Source: an uncultured virus (IMG/VR IMGVR_UViG_3300017593_001263)
Lineage: Duplodnaviria; Heunggongvirae; Uroviricota; Caudoviricetes
DNA: 64,000 nt
Direction: 5' to 3' (one strand)
IMG/VR virus record: IMGVR_UViG_3300017593_001263
The notes below the pieces were generated by a model. That model saw nothing but the letters and a program-made list of their open reading frames with translations, ran no database searches and had not been told where the DNA came from. Below, piece by piece: positions 30,032 to 39,026 of this stretch (its first letter is position 1; each line of letters begins with the position of its first letter). The position numbers were made by a program, and so were the translations under genes.

Positions 30032-30579
30032 CCGAACTACGAAGTCACCATGTGTTCAGTAGATTCGTTAGATCTGTTGAAGCTTATTTATCCAAGAAAG
30101 GACTTAACATTGCGTTGATATCTATAATTATTTTCCACATGTGGGTGTTTATAAATGCAACAGTTCACGAAGCTGGTCATGTTTTTGTTGCAAGACATTT
30201 TGGATGTGAAGCTGGTCTATCCCAACTTTTAGGTTACATCGCATCTACAGGAGTTAACTGCCCAGATGACATGCCAGTACAGAACTGGTGGTACATAGCT
30301 TATGCTGGTCCTCTAGTTGCATTTGTGTTCGGTTCTTATTTGTGGTTTTTAGAGCCAGATGGCTATGCAAGGCTTGGTGGGCTTGTTGCATTCCTATTTT
30401 CAACTTTACCGAATATAGCATTCTGGATACCAGGGAGCGATGCGTATAAAGCAGTTAATGAGTTTGGATATAGCTGGTTCAATGCATTAATAATATATGC
30501 GGTTGTTGGTAGCTATATAGCGTTCTTAGTAATGAGAGAGATAGCAGATAAGAAGTGGGAGATATTTAAGTTTAAATAG
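30028..30579 (+). CDS. membrane zinc metalloprotease (M50/M50B-like)
   Basis: HEAGH in TM helix, AYAGP, GSDA. Confidence 0.75.
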   Translation: MTELRSHHVFSRFVRSVEAYLSKKGLNIALISIIIFHMWVFINATVHEAGHVFVARHFGCEAGLSQLLGYIASTGVNCPDDMPVQNWWYIAYAGPLVAFVFGSYLWFLEPDGYARLGGLVAFLFSTLPNIAFWIPGSDAYKAVNEFGYSWFNALIIYAVVGSYIAFLVMREIADKKWEIFKFK

Positions 30580-30601
30580 TTAATTATATCGATAAAATGT
30601 C

Positions 30602-31114
30602 ATGCGAACACGTATATTCATTAAAATAATAATTTTCTGTTTTTGTGTGCTTGCTACTGTGTATATTTTTAAGCATATTGATTTAGTGGCAGAGTTTTTT
30701 ATAAAGATGCAAATAAAACTATACGGACTCTTTGCATATCATCCAGATATATTCGCTAGAGCTGCTATCATGGAAGCTGGATGTGCGGATGAAAACACAA
30801 CTTGTATTATAAACTCAATAAATTCGTGGGTATATAGGTCAGTAAAATATAATTACACTAATTTACATTCGCATTTTTTTGGATTCAATGATGTACTTAG
30901 GTATGGCGGAGTTTGTCATCATAAAGTTATGGTCGCATTAATAATGCTAGATAGTGTTGGGATTGATGATTGCAAGGTTCAAACAGAAGTAACGATAAAT
31001 GATGGAATTATTATAGGTCATGAATGGTTTGAGTGCAAAATAAATGAAACTCACAAGCTTGTATGCGATCCTACAAACAATGAAAAGTGTGTGCTTAACA
31101 TTTATATTCATTGA
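30602..31114 (+). CDS. transglutaminase-like cysteine protease with N-terminal TM
   Basis: WV..V.Y, GVC, HEW, DPT (Cys-His-Asp triad). Confidence 0.7.
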   Translation: MRTRIFIKIIIFCFCVLATVYIFKHIDLVAEFFIKMQIKLYGLFAYHPDIFARAAIMEAGCADENTTCIINSINSWVYRSVKYNYTNLHSHFFGFNDVLRYGGVCHHKVMVALIMLDSVGIDDCKVQTEVTINDGIIIGHEWFECKINETHKLVCDPTNNEKCVLNIYIH

Positions 31115-31130
31115 AGCTCATATATAATAC
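31100..31130 (+). promoter_or_regulatory. shared leaderless promoter
   Basis: ATTTATATTC at -31, CATATA at -12 from ATG 31131. Confidence 0.75.
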
Positions 31131-32426
31131 ATGCAAGAAAGGGATTATATCAAGTATGCGATTTTAGGTATTGTGTTGCTGTTTCTGATAAAGGGTTATG
31201 TTTCTGATCATATTTTTCAGACCATGACTGTGTGGGTTAACGGTGTCGGTGGTTTAGGAGAGACTGTGTATGGTGGAGATACGGTTAAGATTACTGCGGC
31301 ACTGTATGCTGAATATTATGACGAGAATGCTCCTTACTTTACTTATGGTTCTGTCGCAAATTGTTGTGATAATGCAGTTATAGTCATAAAGGCATATTAT
31401 CCAGACGGATATGTTGATACAATCAAGATTAACACAGGCATGTTATGTACTGAAGCAATAGTTGGTGGGAAGACAGAATATACAATTAAAAAAGATCACG
31501 GTACTGGTAAACTAACTTGGGAAGGAGAACTTATATGTGAAGAACAAGTTACTGCAACATCTACTGCAACATATAAATTAAGTAAACCGCCATCTGAAAC
31601 AGGAACTACGTGGTATAATTATTATTATCCACGAAATCCATGTGAAGGTGTAGTGTGTGAACCATATTGTGAAGGATATACTTGGTACGGAGATGGAGAG
31701 TGTGTTCCTTCTGGAGAGAGTTACTGGTGTTATTACCATACTGTAGAAGAGAATTCACCAAAGTGTGGATGGAAGGATTCAGATGGTGATGGAATTCCAG
31801 ACTGGGACGATGAATGTCCAAATCAGCCTGGTCCAGCTAAATTTAACGGTTGCCCAGACTCAGATGGCGATGGAATACCAGACAATAAAGATGCTTGCCC
31901 GAATGAGTATGGAGAAGCAAAGTATGATGGATGTCCTCCACCAGATTCAGACGGAGATGGTATTCCAGATGATGTAGATAAATGTCCTTATCAACCAGGA
32001 TTACCTGAATTCGATGGGTGTCCAGACTCAGATGGCGATGGCATTCCAGATAATGAGGATGCTTGTCCTTATGAGCCAGGAGTTCCAGAGGAGCACGGAT
32101 GTCCTCCTAGAAATGTAACTACCGTTGCAGCTCCAACTCCTAGTGAAAATGTGACTGCTCCATCACCAACTGAAGTATCTCCTCCACCTGAAGAAGTGAC
32201 ACCAACTCCAGGAGTTGTCAGACCGTCTGCACCTTATGTGCCTCCATCTGGAGCTTACGAGGAAGAGGAAGTTAAGAGACCAGTCTGTGGAAATGGAATA
32301 TGTGAACCAGGAGAGAACATACTGAACTGCCCGAAGGATTGCTTATCTAAAGCCACGGTCATTAATGCTGTGCTTGTAGCGATAATAGTTGTGCTGATTG
32401 CTATTATTATTCTTAAAAAAACATAA
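31131..32426 (+). CDS. surface protein with four TSP3-like Ca-binding repeats, Pro/Thr linker and C-terminal TM
   Basis: DSDGDGIPD.xD.CP x4; [15 protein letters not shown]. Confidence 0.8.
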   Translation: MQERDYIKYAILGIVLLFLIKGYVSDHIFQTMTVWVNGVGGLGETVYGGDTVKITAALYAEYYDENAPYFTYGSVANCCDNAVIVIKAYYPDGYVDTIKINTGMLCTEAIVGGKTEYTIKKDHGTGKLTWEGELICEEQVTATSTATYKLSKPPSETGTTWYNYYYPRNPCEGVVCEPYCEGYTWYGDGECVPSGESYWCYYHTVEENSPKCGWKDSDGDGIPDWDDECPNQPGPAKFNGCPDSDGDGIPDNKDACPNEYGEAKYDGCPPPDSDGDGIPDDVDKCPYQPGLPEFDGCPDSDGDGIPDNEDACPYEPGVPEEHGCPPRNVTTVAAPTPSENVTAPSPTEVSPPPEEVTPTPGVVRPSAPYVPPSGAYEEEEVKRPVCGNGICEPGENILNCPKDCLSKATVINAVLVAIIVVLIAIIILKKT

Positions 32427-32439
32427 GGAGGTGATGTAG

Positions 32440-32799
32440 GTGGAGGTTAAAGAAATAAGTGATGAAGTTATGTCTAAATTAGTTAAGAAAGCAAGTAAAG
32501 AGGAAAACAAACTAATTCTTGTTACAAACGAGTATAAAGTATGGACGAATGCTGGAGATGAAGGTTATGAGTGTGAAGTCATACTTGGTGAGGCACGTGT
32601 GCTTGATTTGGAAGAAGAAGGTTATGGAGGTAGTACTGGTGGTCGCAAGCATTATGAAAGAGCATATATTCCACTCACCATACCAACTGTAGTTAAATGT
32701 GTTAGTTGGAGAGACTTTATAGGTACGTACGACGACTACTATCATGAAGAATTACACATATTTACGAAAGATGGTTGGAAAAAAGTTAAAGTTAAATGA
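32440..32799 (+). CDS. hypothetical protein
   Basis: GGAGGTGA RBS. Confidence 0.6.
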   Translation: MEVKEISDEVMSKLVKKASKEENKLILVTNEYKVWTNAGDEGYECEVILGEARVLDLEEEGYGGSTGGRKHYERAYIPLTIPTVVKCVSWRDFIGTYDDYYHEELHIFTKDGWKKVKVK

Positions 32800-32947
32800 T
32801 AGTAAATAGAGCACTATTATTTGAAATAATACTTGTCACTATAGTAGTGATACTTGTGATTGTAATATTGTTGAGAAAGTAGTTCACGATACCACTTTAG
32901 CAATTTCTTCTCCACTTTAGTCTTGTAATTGACTCTACCGTGAGCCA

Positions 32948-33169
32948 TCAGCGTCGCCATATTTCCGCTTCTTTTTCAATTTCGTACAGCTTAACATCTC
33001 CTTTAGCTATAGCTCTATACCCAAGAAGTATCAATATGTCTGCTATTTGTGACTCGCTTAGTATTTTTTCCTTGCGTTGAAGCTTGATTTTGTTGTATTC
33101 AGAATATATCTCCCTTATGCGTTTTAGCGCTTCTTTGGATATCGAAAACGAAACTTTTACTTTTACCAT
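32948..33169 (-). CDS. ribbon-helix-helix-like protein
   Basis: KVKVSFSISKEALKRI..SESQIA. Confidence 0.55.
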   Translation of the reverse strand: MVKVKVSFSISKEALKRIREIYSEYNKIKLQRKEKILSESQIADILILLGYRAIAKGDVKLYEIEKEAEIWRR

Positions 33170-33261
33170 CTTCCCACCAGTAGGAACTTACTAATTTCGT
33201 ATAAACTATATAAATCACTAAAACGAAAATATATATAAAAAGATAACCGAGGTGATGGAGT

Positions 33262-33636
33262 GTGTACTCCATGTTGGATCAGACCGTAGCATACATGCAG
33301 CAAACAGCAGCAGGAAACTGGAACGTCTTTTCTATAATAGGAATCATAACGTTCGTTAGTGTGTTCGTACTGTATTTTAAGAGGAGAGACTTGTATGAAA
33401 AACTAGTGACCAAAGAGAACTTGATGATAGCAGTACTTGCACTTGTTGCAAGCTCAGTATTCGGAGGTATTCCGCTTGCACTCGGTAAGCTGACAGGGTA
33501 TGCAAATCTGATATACCAGCTCATCTTGTCAGGGCTTATAGGATACGTTTTTGCAGCAATTCTAATAGAAGGACCGAGAGTTGTCATCGACGCAGTAAAA
33601 GGTTCTCTAGCAAGTATTGGTGTGATGAAAGAGTAA
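33262..33636 (+). CDS. small 3-TM membrane protein, candidate envelope protein
   Basis: hydrophobic helices, GAGGTGA RBS, downstream T-tract at about 33668-33685. Confidence 0.65.
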   Translation: MYSMLDQTVAYMQQTAAGNWNVFSIIGIITFVSVFVLYFKRRDLYEKLVTKENLMIAVLALVASSVFGGIPLALGKLTGYANLIYQLILSGLIGYVFAAILIEGPRVVIDAVKGSLASIGVMKE

Positions 33637-33699
33637 ACCATAATTGCATGGCACGAGCACCTTTGGCTCTTTCTTTTTCTTTTTTGACCCATAAGAAAC

Positions 33700-33730
33700 A
33701 TTTATATTCATTCTTTACCATATATAAAAC
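33700..33730 (+). promoter_or_regulatory. shared leaderless promoter
   Basis: ATTTATATTC at -31, CATATA at -12 from ATG 33731. Confidence 0.75.
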
Positions 33731-35968
33731 ATGCGGAAAATCTTATGGTTACTTCCATTAGTTCTAGTATTGCTTTCTGCTAATGCTCATGCTGTTGATC
33801 TCACAACTTGTACTACAATAACCGAGCCAGGGTATTATAGGTTGGTTAATGATATTTCTACAGATGTTAGCCGATGCTTTTTCATCAGATCAAGCAATGT
33901 TACTTTTGATTGTGATGGTCATGTATTGCATGCTACTGGTTTATATACGCTTTTAATATATTTTCAACCGATAACATGGGGGAACTATCTAACAAACATT
34001 ACTATTAAAAATTGCATTTTTGATAATGATGATTATTATAATGCACGAATAAATGGATATTGGTTGCGGGATTCGACATTTTTGAATAACACTTATATAC
34101 GGAAAATTGGTAGTGAGTTGTCGTATCTTGTTAATGTTTCATTTATAAATACTAACATGGAGACTAGCATATATCATTCATCTACTATTTATGTTAGAGA
34201 AATAACTGCTAATAGTACTCATTATTTTCGTTTAAAAGCGAATACAGTATCCAATATTATTGTTGATAATTATTATGCTAATGGATCTAACGTTAATTTA
34301 TTTCAAGTATTTAGAGACGTTGGGACTACAAATTTGATTATCAATAATTCTTATTTCAAGATTAATCAGTCGCCACTTCTCATCACGTCTGGACGTGCTA
34401 ATTTAGCTATTTATAATACGAAAATTGGTGTTGTAGAAGGAGGCTTTGCTGATAAATTATTTCGTATAAGCTCTTATCTTGATACTAGCTGGGGGGTTTT
34501 TAAGTCATACATCGACATAGTAAATTCTTCGATAAATGCTAGTGATGTGGTTATTTATCTGTTAAGTACTAATGACAATACTAAGAAAACTGGGATTTAT
34601 CAGTTGAATATAACTAATTCAAAAGTTAAATTTAAACGATTAGTTTTGTTTGACACATCTCGAACATACGATCCATACATTAGACATGTGGACATTGTTA
34701 ATAGTTCACTAAATTGCATTTCTGATAATAGCTATGCAATATCTGGTCCTATGCGTGACGTTGAAATTATGTATTCTAACATTAGAGACTGCACTTATGC
34801 TGTCGATTTAACATCGATTTTCAATTTAACAATTACACACTCAAAAATAACGAGTAGTTATTATGGTATATTTATTGGACCAGATAAAGTTTCTGGTCAA
34901 AATGTTGTAATCTACGACAACTTGTTTAACAATACGTATAACCATATGTTCCAAGCTTATCCAGTTGCAAATGATGTTTACATATTCAATACGACGTTAG
35001 TTAATAGTACTAATATCCTTGGTGGTAATCTTGTTGGAGGTAACTATTGGGGTTCTCCAGATGGTTCTGGATATTCAGATATGTGTATTGATGAAGACCA
35101 AGATGGGATATGTGATGCACCGTACGTTATTGTTGATGATCCAGAAGCTGGAGTATATCTTGTGGATTATTTACCGCTTAGCCCATACCAAGTGCAGCCG
35201 TTTGCACCTCCGCAGCTACCCGAAGTCAGAATATTGAATCCAGTTAGTGAAGTTTATTATTCAGCTTATGTGCCAGTTGATGTTGTGGTCGTTTATAATC
35301 AAAGCAGATACGATATAGAATCGAACATAAGTGTTTATGTGGACGGCTTGGCTTATGGGAGATGCACCAACTGCACCGAATTGCACAAGACAATATATGT
35401 CGGAGGAGGAGAACACGTTTTTGAAGTCTACGTGCCTTACAAGCTTTACGAAAACGGAAGCTTAGTAAATGATAGCGTGCTTTATGCTAACTCAACGTTC
35501 TTCGTTCAGTTCGTTCCATTGCAGACGCAAATAACTGGAGCTCCAGGAGGTGGGGCTGGAGCTGTACTATCACTTGTTGATGTGGAGGTTAGGGATGCAT
35601 CATACATAACCTATCAGAATGAGTGTGTTAAGGATTACTTGATAGTTGATTTGAAGAATGCATTTGATTATTGTGATGTCGAGATAATGTATTATGGTGA
35701 AGGGTTGCCAGAAGGAATGATAAAGTATCCATCCGAATATACCTTGAAGCCAGGAGTCACTTACATACCTATAGAGGTTTGTGGTGTCGCACAGCCAGAT
35801 GTTTATGTTGGGAAAGTTAAAGTGGAGGGTTTGTGCGGCAGCGATATTGGGGATGTTAGCGTTACTGTTAAATCACAATTCTCACAGCTGTGGGAATTCA
35901 TAACAAGCCCAATTGGCATATTGCTTGTGCTGGTTGGACTGTGGTTGTGGAAAGGAAGAAAAGGGTGA
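33731..35968 (+). CDS. beta-helix (NosD/pectin lyase-like) surface protein with C-terminal TM
   Basis: CTTITEPGYYRLVNDI, NVTFDCDGH, GGNYW..DGSGYSD.C.D.DQDGICD.PY. Confidence 0.8.
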   Translation: MRKILWLLPLVLVLLSANAHAVDLTTCTTITEPGYYRLVNDISTDVSRCFFIRSSNVTFDCDGHVLHATGLYTLLIYFQPITWGNYLTNITIKNCIFDNDDYYNARINGYWLRDSTFLNNTYIRKIGSELSYLVNVSFINTNMETSIYHSSTIYVREITANSTHYFRLKANTVSNIIVDNYYANGSNVNLFQVFRDVGTTNLIINNSYFKINQSPLLITSGRANLAIYNTKIGVVEGGFADKLFRISSYLDTSWGVFKSYIDIVNSSINASDVVIYLLSTNDNTKKTGIYQLNITNSKVKFKRLVLFDTSRTYDPYIRHVDIVNSSLNCISDNSYAISGPMRDVEIMYSNIRDCTYAVDLTSIFNLTITHSKITSSYYGIFIGPDKVSGQNVVIYDNLFNNTYNHMFQAYPVANDVYIFNTTLVNSTNILGGNLVGGNYWGSPDGSGYSDMCIDEDQDGICDAPYVIVDDPEAGVYLVDYLPLSPYQVQPFAPPQLPEVRILNPVSEVYYSAYVPVDVVVVYNQSRYDIESNISVYVDGLAYGRCTNCTELHKTIYVGGGEHVFEVYVPYKLYENGSLVNDSVLYANSTFFVQFVPLQTQITGAPGGGAGAVLSLVDVEVRDASYITYQNECVKDYLIVDLKNAFDYCDVEIMYYGEGLPEGMIKYPSEYTLKPGVTYIPIEVCGVAQPDVYVGKVKVEGLCGSDIGDVSVTVKSQFSQLWEFITSPIGILLVLVGLWLWKGRKG

Positions 35969-36115
35969 TGTGTATGAAGATAGAGTGTGTGTGCAAACCA
36001 ACATTTAAGGAAGCTGCAAGCAGCATAAATGAAATAATAAAAGACAGAAATGTCGCTGATTTCGATATGTTCGCTTATGGAGACGGAAGGTGTATTTGCG
36101 TGCTGTTCTATTAAG

Positions 36116-36146
36116 ATTTATATTCATTAATTTCGATATAATATCT
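36116..36146 (+). promoter_or_regulatory. shared leaderless promoter
   Basis: ATTTATATTC at -31, GATATA at -12 from ATG 36147. Confidence 0.7.
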
Positions 36147-39026
36147 ATGCGGAAGCATGTCCTTGTCATTTTTGCATTTTTGCTTTTAATGAACACAGTA
36201 GCATACGCTTATGACTCTTGGTGGGATTTAAATTGGACTAAAAGAATTGAATACAATGTTGTTGAGCAAAGTGGTAACGACTTGTTTGACTATCAAATTG
36301 CCATAAATGTTACTTACGAACCAGAAATGCAGCCTGATTTTAGTGATTTAAGGTTTACCTATTATAATTCTACCAACGAAACAGAACTACCGATTCCTTA
36401 TTGGATTGAAAGTAAAGTTAATTCTTCATGGGCTCAAGTATGGGTGAAAGTTCCATATATTCCTTCCAATGGAGATTCCGTAGTTTATTCGTATTACGGC
36501 AACCCTAATGCAACCTATGATGGTAAACTATGGAACAACATTACCCATTTAGGAATTTATGGTGGTGTTTTCGATTATAATATTAGTAAAATGCAAGGTC
36601 TTAAAGGAGAAGTCGTTAGTTTAAGTGGAATATGGTATCATTACTGTGCTTTGTTAATCAATGGAACTGTTCATTGTTGGGGTGATTGGCAATATGGAGA
36701 TTATACTGGTGGTGATGCTATACAAGTTGCAGCAGGGTATGCACACACATGTGTGTTGAGATCGAATGGTACGGTGTACTGCTGGGGTTCTAATGATGAA
36801 AATCAATCCCTTGGTTATAATGGTGGTGATGCGATAGCAGTTGTAACTGGATTTTATCACTCTTGTGCTCTGTTAAAGAATGGGAATGTCGTTTGTTGGG
36901 GTAGCAATGATCATGGACAAGCAGAGAATTATACGGGAGGAGATGCTATTGGTTTGGCTGCTGGGGGATACCACACTTGTGCTTTACTGGCTAATGGCAA
37001 TGTGCATTGCTGGGGTTCTAATGGTGCGGGAGAATCTAACGATTATACTGGTGGCGATGCAATAGCTGTTACAGCATCGTTAGGTGGCACATGTATTTTG
37101 TTAAATAATGGAAATGTGATCTGTCAAGGAGATGACGATTACGGCGAGCTTAATAACTACACAAAGGGAGATGCCATAGCGGTTGCTCTCGGTAGATACC
37201 ACTCTTGCATACTGCGTGCCAATGGGACTGTGTATTGTCGGGGTGCTAGTGGCAGGGATGTAGACTATAATGGCGGAGATGCGATAGGTATTGTTGCTGG
37301 AGATGCATCTACTTGCGCTCTGTTGATTGACGGAAATGTTCATTGTTGGGGAGCAGACATGTATGGAGAAACTACAGATTATACTGGAGAAGATGTTCTC
37401 AACCCATTTAAGAAATATGTTTTTCCAGAACCGCAAGTGGCTGTATCCAACGTTGAACCTGTAACTCCTCCAAAAAATATAACTGAGTGTAGTGTTATTA
37501 GACTACCTGGAAAATATAAGTTAACGACAGATTTACTTAATTTTGGGACATTGAAACATATTAGTGGTGAGGAATGTTTTAGCTACCCAAATCAAGCGTG
37601 TATAGTTATAGATTCTGATGATGTAGTTCTCGATTGCGCAAATCACATTATTACGGGCAATGTTACCGCCGTATATAGTATCAACGAACCAAACGAATAT
37701 ACAGAAAGCATAATTGGGATAAAAATCGGCGATAATGCCTTGAATAATATAACAGTAGTTAATTGTAGATTGTTCAATCTAACCTATCCAATATTTGCTA
37801 CTAGATTAACCGATAATAAACACGCTAATATGATATTTGAAAATATCCAATACGATAGAGGTCTTGCAATATATTCTTCTGAAAACGTAAGTATTCGTAA
37901 TATTCAGTCAATTGAAGATATAGAGTTAACCGCAAATCTTTATTATACTTTGGGCAGACCCGCATGGTATTACAGTACTGTGGAAACTTGTTATCCGATG
38001 ATGCCACCTTCAATATATGTGCGTTCAAATACTGTTGAATTAGCAGATATTTATGTAGATGCTTTATTTCCATTGATGATAGAGTCCTCATCAAATGTTA
38101 TGATTAATGATGCATTTTTGAGAACTCACATGAGCACAGGAAGTTTTTCATCAATATCGCCAGCTTCGATATATTGCCGTTATTCAGAAATTTTTGGTAA
38201 GAATATTAACTCCGTAGCGTCTGCTGAATTTAGCGGTGATACTGTTGGGATTTATATGAGTACTGACTGTTCAATATCGGTAACAGAATCCACTTTTAAA
38301 AATTACACACATACAATATTCGCCTACACGTCGGATAATTATTGTCAGTTTTCACTAAATAAGTTTGAAGATACAGTATATTACTTAACTGCCTATGATA
38401 TTAGTTGTACATTTGATAAGAACTATTATGGTAGAGTTAATGGTAGTGATGGATATTCCGATACTTGTGTTGATTCGGATGCCGATGGAATTTGCGACAC
38501 ACCGTATACAATATCAGATGGTTATGTAGATTATCATCCACTCAGCAAATGTTACTTTAATCCTTCTGCTTGCAGAGCGGTTGGCGGTGCAGTAACCTTC
38601 ATGCAAGTCCCCCCAAACTTCGAAGAAGAAATCAAGCAGAAGATACTCATCATTCCGAGATACTTGAAAGTCTACATCCCTCCAGATAAAGATTATGGAA
38701 GCGTTGAATTCCAAGTCATAAACAATGGAGATAGAGAGCTATACTTTTATTTCGGAACAACCAATAATATACAAGACTACGTCAAATCACCAAAACTGGG
38801 CAAGTACTTTTACATACCTCCAAACTCTGGAAGGAAGTTCACATTCATAGTGGATGGCTACAACAAGACAGAAGCAACCTACGGAAGTTTGATAATCTAC
38901 GCAGATTTCCCAGAACAGATGGTCAAGATACCAATTAGAGTGGAGATAACGAGGGAAGCTCCACAAGAGAAAATAGCTTGGGTGCTGATACCAATTATAA
39001 TAATCTTGCTGCTGGTGGCGTTGTGA
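36147..39026 (+). CDS. surface protein: DUF2341-like + RCC1 repeats + beta-helix, C-terminal TM
   Basis: MQPDFSDLRF..WVKVP..YYGNP; about 7 repeats G..HTC.L..NG.V.CWG; GYSDTC.DSDADGICDTPY. Confidence 0.85.
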   Translation: MRKHVLVIFAFLLLMNTVAYAYDSWWDLNWTKRIEYNVVEQSGNDLFDYQIAINVTYEPEMQPDFSDLRFTYYNSTNETELPIPYWIESKVNSSWAQVWVKVPYIPSNGDSVVYSYYGNPNATYDGKLWNNITHLGIYGGVFDYNISKMQGLKGEVVSLSGIWYHYCALLINGTVHCWGDWQYGDYTGGDAIQVAAGYAHTCVLRSNGTVYCWGSNDENQSLGYNGGDAIAVVTGFYHSCALLKNGNVVCWGSNDHGQAENYTGGDAIGLAAGGYHTCALLANGNVHCWGSNGAGESNDYTGGDAIAVTASLGGTCILLNNGNVICQGDDDYGELNNYTKGDAIAVALGRYHSCILRANGTVYCRGASGRDVDYNGGDAIGIVAGDASTCALLIDGNVHCWGADMYGETTDYTGEDVLNPFKKYVFPEPQVAVSNVEPVTPPKNITECSVIRLPGKYKLTTDLLNFGTLKHISGEECFSYPNQACIVIDSDDVVLDCANHIITGNVTAVYSINEPNEYTESIIGIKIGDNALNNITVVNCRLFNLTYPIFATRLTDNKHANMIFENIQYDRGLAIYSSENVSIRNIQSIEDIELTANLYYTLGRPAWYYSTVETCYPMMPPSIYVRSNTVELADIYVDALFPLMIESSSNVMINDAFLRTHMSTGSFSSISPASIYCRYSEIFGKNINSVASAEFSGDTVGIYMSTDCSISVTESTFKNYTHTIFAYTSDNYCQFSLNKFEDTVYYLTAYDISCTFDKNYYGRVNGSDGYSDTCVDSDADGICDTPYTISDGYVDYHPLSKCYFNPSACRAVGGAVTFMQVPPNFEEEIKQKILIIPRYLKVYIPPDKDYGSVEFQVINNGDRELYFYFGTTNNIQDYVKSPKLGKYFYIPPNSGRKFTFIVDGYNKTEATYGSLIIYADFPEQMVKIPIRVEITREAPQEKIAWVLIPIIIILLLVAL

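Noticed and set aside
31770..32110. Repeated GATTCAGATGG(C/T)GATGG segments
   Set aside because: Coding TSP3-like repeats, not an RNA array.
36640..37390. DNA tandem repeat with period near 110 nt
   Set aside because: Explained by RCC1-like protein repeats in the CDS.
20835..39026. Diversity-generating retroelement acting on adhesins
   Set aside because: No reverse transcriptase or TR/VR pair seen in the window.
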